Source: Podarcis bocagei
Lineage: Eukaryota
Length of the DNA: 64,000 nucleotides
Reading direction: 5' to 3' (one strand)
NCBI GenBank assembly: GCA_964188305.1
Contig: OZ076892.1
Shown here piece by piece: positions 13,500 through 26,579 of the stretch; the stretch's first letter is position 1, and each line of letters starts with the position of its first letter. A model generated the notes under the pieces. It was not told the DNA's origin and did not search any database. It saw only the letters and a program-made list of their open reading frames with translations. The position numbers and the translations under genes are program-made.

Positions 13500-14630
13500 C
13501 AGAGATTAGGAAGCTTTCCAAGGGCCATGTGTCAGAGGTGGGCAGGGCCAGAAGCAGAAGTGGGCAGAGCAACAAACATTAATTTTACTTTTGTACAGTA
13601 GACTAGTTGCTGCACACCAGGGCTGGCTGCCACCACCATGCATTTAGTGTAATGTCTGAAAGAGCCTTCTAGAGAAGTGTAGGAGAAGCAGCACCGGCAC
13701 TGATTTCCAGCAAGATCTCGCTGAAATCACAAGCAATCTTGTGCAGCAGCGAGATCTGACCCAAAATTGGTGCCAACGCTGGTGCTGCTTCTTGACTGGT
13801 GGTTGAGGTGGCAGGGCAGGGGGTGCAGGTGGCACAGCACTTCCCATTTCACAAGTGGCAAAATGAGATGCTCCACCCCTGCTCCATCCACTCTCCACAC
13901 ACCCCTCTCTATCCTTGATCCAAACAACCAAGGGCCATGATCAAAGTTCAAGAACACGGAGACATTCCAGCTGCGCAAAAACAAACATGTGGAAGCAGCG
14001 TGGATGAAGGGTGTGGCCTGGAGGGAGACTAGAGGACCAGATAGAGCGGCTTGGAGGGCAACATTCAGCTGCCAGGTCTGAGGTTCCACACCTCTGGAAT
14101 ATAGGGACACACCAAGGACAAGAAAACCTTGTTAACTCAGACACAGGCGCCGTATTATAGTCCTTTTCAGAAAGATTTATTGACCAGCTTGAGTGGGTGT
14201 GTCAGTCCCAGGCAGCCACACTTAGTTCTGGAGGTGTCCAGTATGAGCCCAGCAGCTCCTGGGAAGTGGGGTGGGGAGCCTCAGAACCAGGGCCAAATGG
14301 TGCTCTCCATGCTTTTCTATTTGGTTCCCAAAACTCTCTGCAGGGCACACACCCTCCCCACAGGCCACGGTCATCAGCAGCCCTGCTTTGTCCTCTCATT
14401 GAGAGCTTTTTCTGACTGGAACATCCCTTGAACTGTGATAATGCATCTTGCTTGCCTGCAATGAGGATGAAAAGATGTGGGTGGGTTTGTGACTGAATAA
14501 ACCTCTAGCTTTTGACAGTTGCTCTACCTTTTTTCCTCCTCCCTTTCTTGTCTTTGGCCTCACCCACCATTGTCATACAGCCTATGAAAAGTGGGCCACA
14601 AGGAAATGTAGCCCTTGGGCCCAAAAAGCC
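13500..14630. mobile_element. Degraded composite of hAT-type non-autonomous elements
   Basis: Charlie-like subterminal motifs (gggcagggccagaagc; gtggcc/gtagccc repeats) with a nested CAGGGCTGG...CCCCTG segment at about 13618-13881. Boundaries uncertain. Confidence 0.35.
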
Positions 14631-14636
14631 TTAGAC

Positions 14637-14768
14637 CAGGTGTGGGGAACCTTTGGGGTCACAGCTGCTGCTCAGCTACAACTCCCATCAGCCCCAGGAA
14701 GCATGGTCAAGGACCAGGGATCCTGGGAGTTAGAGTTCAGCAACCAATGGAAGGTCAAACCTACCCTA
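14637..14768. mobile_element. hAT/Charlie-like MITE
   Basis: CAGGTGTGGGGAACC start and core (ctacaactcccatcagcccca ... gggagttagagt) shared with 7783-7909 and 49230-49361. Confidence 0.6.
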
Positions 14769-14984
14769 GAACAAATGGTAATTGAGACAAGGAAAGTCTT
14801 TGCAGAGCCCCTTTCTTTATTCAACCCCTTAACATCTTGTTTATGGCGTTTGTGACCCATTTCACAACTTTGATGTATGATTTGCATGCATTATCTATCA
14901 CTATCATATGAGATGCTGTACTACAACTCACTGACACTACATTTGTTGAGTGGGCACCAATGCTATAATTTCCTCCACAAACTG

Positions 14985-15226
14985 CAGCGGTACCTCGGGT
15001 TACATACGGTTCAGGTTACATACGGTTCAGGTTACAGACTCCACTAACCCAGAAATAGTGCTTCAGGTTAAGAACTTTGCTTCAGGATGAGAACAGAAAT
15101 TGTGCTCCAGCGGCGCGGCAGCAGCAGGAGGCCCCATTAGCTAAAGTGGTGCTTCAGGTTAAGAACAGTTTCAGGTTAAGTACAGACCTCCGGAACGAAT
15201 TAAGTACTTAACCCGAGGTACCACTG
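14985..15226. mobile_element. Tc1/mariner (Tigger/pogo-like) MITE
   Basis: TIRs CAGCGGTACCTCGGGTTA / TAACCCGAGGTACCACTG, TG/TA flanks and internal ttcaggtta repeats. Confidence 0.85.
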
Positions 15227-16635
15227 TAATTAAAAACAAGAAAGTAAACTCTTTCAAGTCTGCCTCAGAACAACTTGGAAATGATTTTATTTTTTAAAAA
15301 AGGGAAATCTCAGATGATTTTTCTGAGCCAGTCTAAGGACCAAAGAAGAAGTTCCCATTCATCTCCACAGGCTACTACTGCCCTCAAGATGTCTTCATTA
15401 GCCTGTGCCCTCCAAAATACATTATAGTCTTCCTTTGCAATTGGTGTCTGGAGGGGGAAGCAGGAACAGGAAATCATGGGGAAAGGATAAAAAGGAGCAT
15501 TTCTCATTTCCTCCATCACCCTGGCATGCTGGGAAAATTCAGGAGACTGTAGGACATATCATTCTCTCAAGGGCTTTCTGAAACCTAACCCATTCCATAT
15601 TCCCCAAGCAAACAATACCTTAGGCGCTAGCAAAGTCTACTGAACCTAGTCAAGGCTTTCTCCTCTGTGACAGACACTACCATTTTCAGTGTAGCCTTCC
15701 AGCTTGGGCTGTGGTATCACAGGAAAACTAAGCAGCAACATTTCACATGGCCTGTTACCTCCTATTGGTCCTGCACAACACATTGTGCCAACTCCCAGTT
15801 TTGGGAAATTCCATTCTACAAAGCCTGCATATATTAGGCATGCGTTAGAAGTACTCTACATCGCCAAATTATATTCAGCAAAGAGCAAGCCATCGAACAC
15901 ATTTCATAGAAAGAGAAAGAGCACTTGGGAAAATATTTCCCTTGATCGTTTTTCTCCATAAGTTCCTCTGGCAACCGATTCTAAACATAGGTGCCAAATT
16001 ATGGTAGCTCTAAGCATTCTATTACTCTTTGGCACACTAAAGAGCCAGTGATTTAAGACAGTTTGAGATGTCCATTAGCTGTAGCAATGAATTCAAATAC
16101 TAAGAAGCCAGGCCATAAATCCACTTTCACACAAAGATTAACCACCGCTAATACTTCTGTTTGTCTAATATTAGCGGCTCCTTCTTTAACTAGGAACCAC
16201 AGAGATCTCTGCTTGCTAATATCATCTTTTCTTTTCCTTTCCTTTTTTTTGGTTGGGGGAAAATATAGTTAGATTGGTTTCTGCTAAAGAATCTGTAAAG
16301 GTGAAGAGTGTCCATTCTGAAGAGAAATGACACCAGAGCTTAAAATCATCATATGCACTATGCATGTGTGCACACACAAACCAGACACACTGACTATTAG
16401 TGGTTATTATGATAAGGCATCAGCTATGCCCTATGGGCAGTTTTCAACAAATGAGTGCAAGATTTTCTACTTCTGCAATGGGTCTTTCCCCCCTCTTCGT
16501 CTCTCATGTGTACCTTATAAACTCCCCAAACCTGACCTAGGGGATTGGGGAAACAGAATTAGGGGACAAGTGGAGAGAGGAGGAAGAACACCAGTCCTAC
16601 TGCCTATATTAGCAGACTAAAGTGTCTGACTATCT

Positions 16636-17242
16636 TAGGGTTGCCATATTCTAAGAAGTAATTTTTTTAAAAAAATGAAAACCCAAAAGTTGAGGGTAAG
16701 AGGCAAAGCGTGGGAATGCAATGGGGGAGACGGAGCCAAAGGGTGAGCGGCATAAGCGGTGGGAGCAGAGGTCGTGCTCAGCTGGTACTGGGGAATCCCT
16801 GCTCATTTGCTCCAGGCAGGCAGCAGGAGCGGGACCTCCCCTCCCTATTCTGGCTGCTAGTTTGGAGCGAGCCGGCAGCAGCAGCAGCATGAAGCGCTCA
16901 TAAGTGAGGAGCTGGATGAGCCCATTGAAGTGGAGAAGAACAGCGGAGATGAGAATGGGAACTTGAGCTCCACTGCAGGTTCCATGTCTCTAACCACCAC
17001 GTCCCAAATTCTGGTTTGGAAAAGACGCAGAGGGATTACTGAAAAGCGTTGCAGGGATCAACTAAACTGGAGAAAGCTGAAATCCTGCAAAATGACTATG
17101 GATCACCTGAAAAAGTGATTTCTCATTTTTCTTGCCAAAGATCCAGGACAAACCACTGTCTTCCAGAAATTCCTCCCAGATGTTACTTCTGCCTTTGAAA
17201 TCCAGGTAAAGTCCTGGAAATCCTGGATGTATGGCAACCCTA
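16636..17242. mobile_element. hAT (Blackjack-like) non-autonomous DNA transposon
   Basis: Perfect TIRs TAGGGTTGCCATA / TATGGCAACCCTA and a perfect 8-bp TSD GACTATCT (16628-16635, 17243-17250). Confidence 0.9.
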
Positions 17243-17997
17243 GACTATCTCCCATGCAAGCTTTGTATAAAAGAGGCAGGGAAAGCTTGCCCCCAGATTT
17301 CTTGTGTGCATATCTGGCTGGCTTTTCACTCTTGACACAGCTGGCTCTCAGCATGTACTGGTATTAGTCAGGAAGCTGGTTGATGGGGCTCCTCCAATGT
17401 ATGTGCTGTAGAGCCTGGAGCAGGGATAGGTACAATAGGTAACTTATCTTTGCAAAGCAAAGGAGAAAGGTGCAGAGGAAGCAAGAGAAATTTGTTTGCG
17501 AAAGGGCTGGAGAGCAGTACTGGCCCTATACATTTTGCTGCCTGAAGTGTAGCACCAAACATTATTTTTTTCTCTCTCTTCCACCACCACTATCACAGAA
17601 ATACAAACTGTGGTGCTGTCAACTTTGGAGAAGGAGTCCCAGGGATATTGGAGAATGAGCAGGAAGGCCCCCAAACGCAAAAGGCTGGAATACGTCTTGC
17701 ATTTTGATGTAATACACATTATCATTTAGAGAAGGTAGTATAACGCTAGTTAAGTCCACGGTCTAAAATTACTTAATTGCACCGCTGAGTGCAAATACTT
17801 GAAAGAAGTTTCACTGCACCATTCAACTGAACATCAATTCCTGCTTTTCTTCATCTCATTATATTCTGCAGTCTGCTTCAGCTTGCTGCAAGATATGACT
17901 GGCCCCATTTTTAAGAGTTTACTTACCTGTGAGGAGTGCTTGCCTGATAACTATAGAAAAATGAAAAGACTGGTGGAGGCAAAATGGACTGCTGCGT

Positions 17998-18150
17998 AAC
18001 ACAGCAAGCTGCCTTATTCTGAGGCAGATCATTGGTCCATCCAACTGGCAGTGGCTCTCAAGGGCTTCAGGCAGGGGTCTCTACCAGCCCTATCTGGAGA
18101 TGCCAGGGATTGAAACCAGGGCCTTCTGCATGCAAAACAGATGCTATACC
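17998..18150 (-). mobile_element. tRNA-headed SINE (Squam2-like)
   Basis: aagctgccttattctgaggcagatcattggtccatc ... ggagatgccagggattgaaaccagggccttctgcatgcaaaacagatgct; same family as 45641-45828. Confidence 0.75.
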
Positions 18151-19407
18151 ATGACCCTTCACCTAAATGCATGACCTATCTTGTTATGTTCCTATGCTTG
18201 TTCCTAAAAAAAATCTAAAACAGAGTCTGCACTGACTAGTACTCACTGCTACCAGGAGATGCTGGGGTTTGAATCTGGGACCTTGTGCTCTACCACTGAT
18301 GCACAGCACTTCCCACAGAGTACAACACCTATATGCCTAGTGTAGAAACCAAGAGGGCTGCAGTAGGAGAAAAATTATCTATCCACTCATGATAGCCCTC
18401 AGCATGCTGATTGCAGTAGTTGTTGCTGTTATTAATTCTACTTATTTACAAGACTTTAGTAACATAAGCAATAGTGTGTAAGTATAGCAACTTATGCTGG
18501 CAGATCAAGGCAAGAGAACTCCAGTATGTTCCATTTTAAAGAGAAAGACACGTCCTTACTGATGGGACAAAATACAGAGGCATGGATGTAGGATTGATTG
18601 CATTGACTACCATTAAGCTGTAGACTTTGGCATACAGATAAACCTTCTAATATAGCCTGTACTTTGGGTTGATCAACACAAACCGACTCCTAATACCATA
18701 AAACAAACTTGTGCAACACATACAAATCAATTGATCACTTAGATTTTATTTGTGACATAAAAAGGAATTCCCTTCTTGGCTAGCTGCTCCATTGTGACTA
18801 AAAAAGAAGATTATAACTGAGAAAGAGCTCAGAAAAAGAGTGGAGATAGAGAAGAACAACAGGGGCACACAACTATTTTGGGTCTGTACATTCTGTTCTT
18901 TTCTTCCACTGACTTCCATTTGCGGAAGAGGAAAGAGTGGAAGAAAGGTTCTTGAAGTGATTTTGCAAGACGGTGCACGCTGCCGCCTTATTGATAGCAG
19001 CATGCATCTGAGGAAACAAAATATTTTGCAACAAAGGGAAGCACCGAACTGAAGAGAAGCTAAAAGAGGCTTGAGATCCTGGGGGAGAAGGAAACAAGAA
19101 ACCACAGCGCAGGGCCCCAGCCGGAATACACAGCAATGCCCTTTGAAAAAGTCTACTGCTATTCTGCTTATGCTATATACATGCTAACAGTCCCATCCCT
19201 CAGCAGGATGTGAATAATGCCAAATGTGTGAAGTGCTTAAGTGACTTCAGATGGGGAGGGGAAGCCGTTGTTGCTCAACAACTTCAGGGTGATACAATGA
19301 AAGAGACTACACTCTAAGGTCTTTCCCCATAATTCTCAGTGTTTGTCATTGCTTCATTGGGCATATGCATCCAACATCAAACACTGGGCTTATATCTAGC
19401 ACATAAT

Positions 19408-19533
19408 CAGGGCTTTTTATCAGTCAGAACTCAGTTCCAGCACCTCTCAGGTGGGCCCCATTGCCTTTATAAGAGAACAAGGGAGGTGCTCATGGTGAGT
19501 TCTGACTCCTCTTTTTCTAGTAAAATAGCACTG
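19408..19533. mobile_element. hAT MITE (126 bp)
   Basis: TIRs CAGGGCTTTTT / AAAATAGCACTG and a perfect 8-bp TSD CACATAAT (19400-19407, 19534-19541). Confidence 0.85.
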
Positions 19534-20579
19534 CACATAATCAAAACCTTTCCCCCCTCAAGGTCTTCCCTCAGTCTCTAAAGACCAAAACAGATGGAAT
19601 TTCAGATGCAACGGGACTGGATGAGGTTGAGTGACTAATTAAATGTTGCTTAAGAAAAGAGATGATGGTGGCTATATAATTGGGTAGAAGGTGAAAAGGG
19701 TGCTTAGTATTTGCAATGTATGAGAGAAAGAAGATGCAAGAGGTTACCATGGGTAGGGTTTGCATGCATGAGGGGTTGCACAAAAGAAGGGGGGAACATG
19801 AACATGGATGAGAAAAGTGGCTTCAGGAATGGAGTTGGGAAGATAAAAACAAACTTGGTAGCTGCATGGGGTGGGAAGAAGAAGCTCTAGGGGGTTAATG
19901 TGGGGAAATGGCAGGGAGTTGGCAACCGAAGTGAGTAGGGGCACAGCCCCCAGTAAGCTGTCACATCTGCCAATTTGGAGGAAGACGCTCTCAAAACACT
20001 GGTCTTTATTATTTGGAAATGTGGAGTTTTGACTAGAATCTTCAGGCCCAGTGAGCTGTGTTAGAACACAAAGCCCAAGCACTGATGAAAAGCTCTTTAG
20101 CCTAGCAGGCACCCAAAGAGGCAGAATCATTGCAACTGTGAATGCTGAAAATCTCTACCTATTTGGTAAAACACATGGGTAAAACAAATCATTTGTGTTC
20201 CCAGGTCCTGTTGGCCACTTCAAGTGCTGAGAGCGATTTGGTTGGGATTTAAATGACAACGTTTACCATATCTCTTGAACTCCGCTGATTGGATCTTAAT
20301 GTGTGTGGGGAAATGGAGATAAGTCATTACACTATATCAGATTGTACAATGGATCAAACTAGATCATATGTAACAGTAGCTCCATATCTATGTCCTGTAA
20401 TGCAAGTATTTTAAAATGTGAACTGCCAACACAGCCACCCCATAGTCCAGATTGATACTCAAGCATTGGGACCCTGTTATGGTCCCAGTTTAGATTGGGG
20501 GCCTTCACATTGGCAGTTTAATTGTAGGGGAATGCTGGCAGGAAGAGCACTGGGATCAGCCTGGGGAGATGCCAGCAAC

Positions 20580-21235
20580 CAGTGGCGCAGCGTGGGGGGT
20601 GCCAGGGGTGCCGCACCGGGCGCAACATCTGGGGGGGGCGCGAGTCCAGAGGGCCCAGCCCTGTCGTGCCCCCGGCCCGCCCCTATTGTCAGAGCGGCCG
20701 GCCAGCCTCTGCCTGCTCCTACCTTGCCCACCCGAGGACTGTGGCAGCGCCCGCCCCTGTGGCCACCTACCCCCGCCTCGCCCATTGGCTTGCCTCCCTC
20801 GGCCCCGCCTCTCTCTGATGGCCGCGGGGGTGTCCTGCTCGGCGCCATCGCCTTTTTTCAGGAGGTAGGGAGGCTGGACGGGGAGGTGGGGTCAGAAGCG
20901 GGCAGAGAAGGAGGGGAGCTCATAGCCAAAAGGGCTGCACCGGCCGGCAAAGGGCCAGGGAAAGTTTGGAGAGGAGAAACGCACCGTCATGATTTCCCGG
21001 TGGAAGCGGCAGGATTAGGGATGGCGAAGCGTAATTACGCACGAATTTCACTGGGTGAGAGCTTTGGGGATCGATCGGCGGAAATGGGAATCACTTGGAA
21101 TATGAGAAAGAGAGAGAGAGAGGGACCATCATTCATAGGCATAGATTTGTAGGGTTAGGGGGCGCAAATCCACGGGTTAGGGGGCGCAAATTACTTGCCT
21201 TGCCCCGGGTGCTGACAACCCACGCTACGCCGCTG
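20580..21235. mobile_element. hAT (Tip100-like) non-autonomous element, long form with CpG-rich interior
   Basis: TIRs CAGTGGCGCAGCGTGGG / CCCACGCTACGCCGCTG and a perfect 8-bp TSD CCAGCAAC (20572-20579, 21236-21243). Both ends match the short copy at 42127-42273. Confidence 0.9.
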
Positions 21236-21604
21236 CCAGCAACTTAGCAGAAGGGAAAAGAGAAGGAGGAGGGAGGGGAGAAGAAAGTCATATAGGAATC
21301 TGTGTGGTAAAGATACCTGAGTAGGGAAGAGGATTTGGAAAGAAGAGATGAAGAAAAACAAACTGGAGAAAATTGTGAGAATGGAAAGTGGCAGGGCATG
21401 GGAGAATAAAAGGACAGTAGGTTTGTTTGCTTGCTTTGCTGGTGTGTGAGAGAGAGGGGGGGAGGGGGGGAGGGAGAGCACTAACTAACTAACTAGCTGG
21501 TGTGCCAGGAACCTGTGCCTTATCTGTTGCACAAACAGCCAGGTCTGTTTTAGCCATAAGGTTCACAGACTGATCTGTATTTCTTAAGGGCTTGACTTAA
21601 ATTT

Positions 21605-21960
21605 AATGAATTTATTAATTATTTCTCACAACAAAATATTCCAAAGTGATGTATAAGAAATAGCATATTATAACAACAACAACAATATAAATCCCATAAA
21701 AATATTTAAAACATGGTCAGAGCAAAAACATCCAATCATTGGTGCCAACCAAATGCCTGGAGAAACAAACATATCTTTGGTGCGGAAACAACAACATTGG
21801 TGCTAGGCAGACCTCCCTAGATGGGATGCTACTACAGAAAAGGGAGGTTCTCTCATCACCACCCTCCAGACGTCCTTTGGATATGGCAAGCAGGAGCAGG
21901 AGAGCTAAGCTGAAGGCCTCCACCTTTCACAGTTTGCTGTCTCACACATTCACCCACCAC
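21605..21960 (-). mobile_element. L2-type LINE 3' fragment (degraded)
   Basis: A tttatt-type tail followed by motifs shared with similar relics near 32435-32700, 36290-36680 and 41375-41720. Family assigned from recall. Confidence 0.45.
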
Positions 21961-24420
21961 AACATAAATCATGGACTGTGCTGACAGTGGCGCTATGTAT
22001 GTGGTATTTTGTAACAGAAGCAAGTGGTTAACCGATGAAAATCCCACAGAAAGTGCAAGGGTGGGCTTCCGAAACAGGGTTCGATGAGGAGGCAGCACTG
22101 CCGCTTTCAGTGGAAATGCAAACTGAAAGTAAGCTGCAGAGAAACCCACCTAAGACAATCAAAAGGCCAGCTCATTCCATGCCAGATGGCACAATGATAA
22201 GGGGGGAAATGAAAGCAGTTCCTGAAAAGGCAGAAATCATTGGTTATGACATACCCTCTAAATGTAAGATGATCAGGGCTTACAAGGTGCAGTGGCTTTG
22301 AGTGCACAGTTTGATTTCAAACTGTGCAGGTAAAAATGTCATCATCATGACACCAAGTGATTGACAACTGAGAAGCCCCACCTACCTGTCAAACCTGGCC
22401 TGTGCAGGAGCATGAGGGACATAAGGATCTGGCCCACTGTCTGGATCCAATTTTCCACATCTGCTCTACCATTTCATATATAACAATAAAGTCCCAGTGG
22501 GATGTTGGGACACAAATTGCAGATCAAAGAAGACATTTTTTGTGAAGCCTGTTTTTTTTCTCTATCTTTCCACTCCTGGCAGTGATTTCAGCAGGCAGAA
22601 AAAGAGTTAAACTTCTGCTCCCCATCCTCCACAGTCTGACAGCTGTTCAGATATCTCCACAGCTCCTACATACATTTTCGAAAATGCAATGTTAAATGCC
22701 TCCACACAATTAACATCACATCTAGTTGGGCTCCCAGTGATTTTAGCCACCAAAAATGAGAACCATCTGCACAATGTCTGCCAGCTGGGCTTTGGCCAAA
22801 TACAGTAGAATTATCTGGGAGATTGCAGTAGAATTATCTGGGAGCAAAAGCTTCTTCATGTGTTTAAAACAACAACATTTGTGGGCTTAACATGGGAAGG
22901 GGGTGTGGGCAAAAAGGTGTGAGGGACCAGGAGTCAGATTTATTCTCCTCAGTTGATGGAGTCCAGGATTTTGAACCAAAAAGTGAAGGGTATTCAGGAC
23001 CAACCCTGGAAGCACTCCAACAGGATGAGCACCCCTCAGGCCCAGTGATATGGCCCTGCTGTCCTCTGACTCAGAGGATTCAGTTGCAGAAGACCCAGTG
23101 AGACTAAAGGCTCTCCTACTCCGCCACAGTAAGAGACTTCTGGAAAGGGCTGGGCCCCTTTAATAAAAGCAGCACCATGCAATGTTGCTCAGTCACACAT
23201 GGGGCTCAGTCAGTTTTCCTGAGCCCTGAACATTACCTTGCCTTGCATCCAGCCTGGGCACACTTTACATACCACATATCAGGACAGGGGGTGCTGACTG
23301 CACCCCCAGCATCCTGTTGTGTGTAGACCCCTCATCCTCCTCTTCCAACCTTTAAACATTGAGTGAGAAAGTCTGCATGTAGATGCTAACCATGATTAGA
23401 ATCTTGGTTCGGATTTTTACATGTCGGGTGAAGATGGGGTGATGTGTATTGAGAAGTGGGAGCAGGCCAGCATCTGCACCCCTTACGCAGTTTGAGTCCT
23501 CAAATGTTTTCTCAAAAGCCAGAAGAGGGTTGAAGTTACAAGAAGTTTCTAGAATTTTGGAAGGCTCGTGGACCAGCCAGCATTAAGAGGTGCAGAACTG
23601 TCTGCAGCAGGAAGGTGCATGTTGTTTGCGTGCAGATGTGCAAACCAACGCTGGTGGGTGAGATGATACAGTTTGTGCTTCAGAGCTGTGAGCGACATCA
23701 CAATAGAAACCACACAAGGCCTCTGCAGCTTCAAACTCAGCCTTGTAGGTTGCAGTCAGGATGTGGCTACAGACAGTTTCCTGTGGCCAAGACTCTCCGG
23801 TTAATATAAAAAACTATAAAACAAAAATGAAGTGGGTAGACCAGCTCCCACTGGGAAATGATGGGAATTCAAGACAAAGGATATAGAAGGTCATGGAGTT
23901 TTGCCTCACAAGGCTCTAAATGGAAAGTTTAAAGATTTATTAAGTCTGAATTTCCACTTATCTATAACAATTAACACAGCTTTGTTAATATTCACAGCTT
24001 CTTGTTACTAGAGGAATATGATACTTTATTATATAGAGAAAATATAATTCAGAGTCAACCCCTCTCCCCCCAAAAAAGAATCAGCACTAATTTCCCTGAT
24101 ACTAAATTATTTCAAATGTTTCATTAATATTGTCTCCTCAACACTAGTAATTGTGTTTTTTCTTATCAATTGCTTTTGCCCCTCATTCCAAGACTTCGTT
24201 GACTTACTCAATGCAAGTTCACAGAGAAGAGAAAAAAAACACTGTGCAAAAACTATATCACCGGCACTGTCATTCAATCTGTTCATAACTATTGCAGTTC
24301 CCAGTCTCCTAAAAATAGGGTCTATCTTTCACAGAGGCTTTTATCCTGCAAACTACTATACAACACCTTTCAGTATGTCATTGTGGAATTCACCTATGGA
24401 TTCTTGTAAGCAAAAAGGGA

Positions 24421-24750
24421 TGTCAGGGCTGAGCCAAAGGCAGCTGTCAGACGTGAGCCAGGGACTGGAAAACAGGACCCATGAACATAGCCAAGGGACT
24501 GAGAGCCAAGGGAGTGAGCTAAGAAATCAGAGCCAGGGACCAAGCCAGCTCACAGGTAGGGCAATGTTAAGGCTAACTGAGCACAACAAGAGAGCTGGGA
24601 AATGTATAATGCCAAGAGGAGCTCAACACATGAAGAACTGAGATGAAACCCAAAGCAGGAATGAAATAATCAGAGGCCTCATTGGAGCAAGAGCCTCTGG
24701 GTGACCTGAAGAACTAAACCGAAAGGCTGTCAGATGTGCATTTCATGACA
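24421..24750 (-). mobile_element. Possible solo LTR (Gypsy-like)
   Basis: TGTCAGG...CATGACA termini with internal gagccaagggac/gagccagggac repeats. No TSD seen. Confidence 0.4.
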
Positions 24751-25654
24751 ATACAGAGGCTATTCATATTCAAGCACATTTATTTCCTGTTGCTTTCCTG
24801 TTGTCTCTTTCTCCTTTTTAAATTGTTGCTATCTTGCCTAGAATTCTGGGGAAAATACTTTTGAGCCACAGAAATACAGTTCCAGTTGTTTTATTCCATT
24901 AATCATCCAATTCTATAAGCTACCACACCACTGCATTATACACAGGTGCATAAAACTGGGCACAATGATTTAATGCCACAACTCACAATCCTGTACAGAC
25001 AGAGACTTGTCCCCAATCCAAGGTGTTGTGCTGGAAATGACCGATCTCCATTAGTGTTAGAGGCTCAAAGACTTTAATCCACTGAAAAAGTGGCCTGAGA
25101 GGGACAGAGTGGGAAGAATATTGAGAATAGCAGGGAAACTTATCAAATGACTGCTTATACTGGCCACAGTGTGTTGACTGACTTGTGTGCAGGAAAAAAA
25201 ATGGGGAACTCAAATGGAATATTCTGGAAGAGGGCATGACTAACTGGCTAGTACCCTGAAAAGGAGCAGTTTTTTTCATATTAGGTCTCATTAGTGGTTA
25301 AATAAGTATAGAGGTATTCCAGCTATCAGGCAGTGTTGAAATACAGACCACTCCACTGTGCAGAACAGTGTAAAAAGGCAAAGATTCTGGTAGCATTCCG
25401 CCAATTCACATGCTAATAATAATAACTATTATTATAATAATACAAATCCCCTGTATTTCTGCTGTAGACAAATTACATTTTTCTGTAATGCTTGAAGGTT
25501 ATGGTGAGTGTCTGAAAACACAGGGCATGCATCAGTTTTCAAATACATGAATTCAGAGCAACTCCAAAAATTAGGTTTGGGGTGGAACCAAGCAGTGAAA
25601 AAGTCTGTTCTTAGCAGAGCAATTATTTAATTCATCCTATATAGGACTTTAATC

Positions 25655-25875
25655 CACTGGTGGAGGAAGAAGAGTGCGGGGGGAGTGCACCACCCCCGGC
25701 AGTGCAATCCTGGTGGGGTGCCATTGCGGTTGCCCCCCTGCCTGTGCTGGGCGTCACGCCCCCAGGACACATGCCATACCCCTGCGGGCAGCGCACGGCG
25801 CCCCCAGGACGCGCATCAGCCCCGCCTCCACCTGCTCTCCACCCCCCGGTGCCAGAGCATGAAGCTCCGCCACTG
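25655..25875. mobile_element. hAT (Tip100-like) GC-rich MITE
   Basis: TIRs CACTGGTGGAG / CTCCGCCACTG and TSD CTTTAATC (25647-25654) / CCTTAATC (25876-25883). Confidence 0.8.
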
Positions 25876-26579
25876 CCTTAATCTACTATATCTGAGAGCT
25901 TGAGAAGTAGGCAATATTTCAAGCGACTGTCTATTACTCTCACTACCTTCTGAAGTCTTTCCTTCATGAATGCCCTTCAAAAATATGGTTGAACCAGTGA
26001 AAACAGGAAAGGAGGCCCCATCTTTTGTGGTGATGTGTTGGATCTAGAGGACCCTGACACCTACACTAGTTGCTCAAGAACAAATTCCGCTTCAACTTCT
26101 AAACAGCATGTGAAGTTTAAGGAAGACAGCCAAACAGGAGTTTTCTGTTACTGCCGACTAAGGTGTTCCCTCTCCTAAGGGAATCCTGGAATCAAATTTT
26201 CTAAGAGAGATCTTCAAATAGCTTGTTCAGCACTCAAATGACCTCTTCTTGTTATTTTTGTCAAGGCCTATGCTTTTGCCAGCAAATCCTGCATCCTGGA
26301 TTTAACAGAATGGTGGTCACCTCTCCAGACTACCTGGAGCCCCAAAAGGTAAATCTATATACTGTGGCTGATTGAGGTGAGCGTTTGTTACAGCCTTTAT
26401 GAATTTAATAGACACCAAAAGCAATGTATTCCCAAGCAGAGGACAAAAGGACGGTGACACAACACGCTGTACAGTTGCATTTGCATATAGAGACTCATTT
26501 TGTCATTCTGAGGCGGCATGTTATAGCTTAATTTACTAAACTAAAGGAAGGCGGGGGGAATACAAATCTTCAATATTTG

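Noticed and set aside
20418-21152. 244-aa ORF (G/P/A-rich)
   Set aside because: It crosses a TSD-bounded transposon edge, has low complexity and overlaps ORFs in several other frames, so it is a GC-content artefact.
22803-22844. Short tandem duplications (also about 31647-31691 and 57855-57886)
   Set aside because: These are ordinary local slippage duplications of 16-22 bp with no further structure.
24700-24732. CTGAAGA...GAAA hammerhead-like spacing
   Set aside because: The intervening actaaacc cannot form stem II, and no stem I or III is supported.
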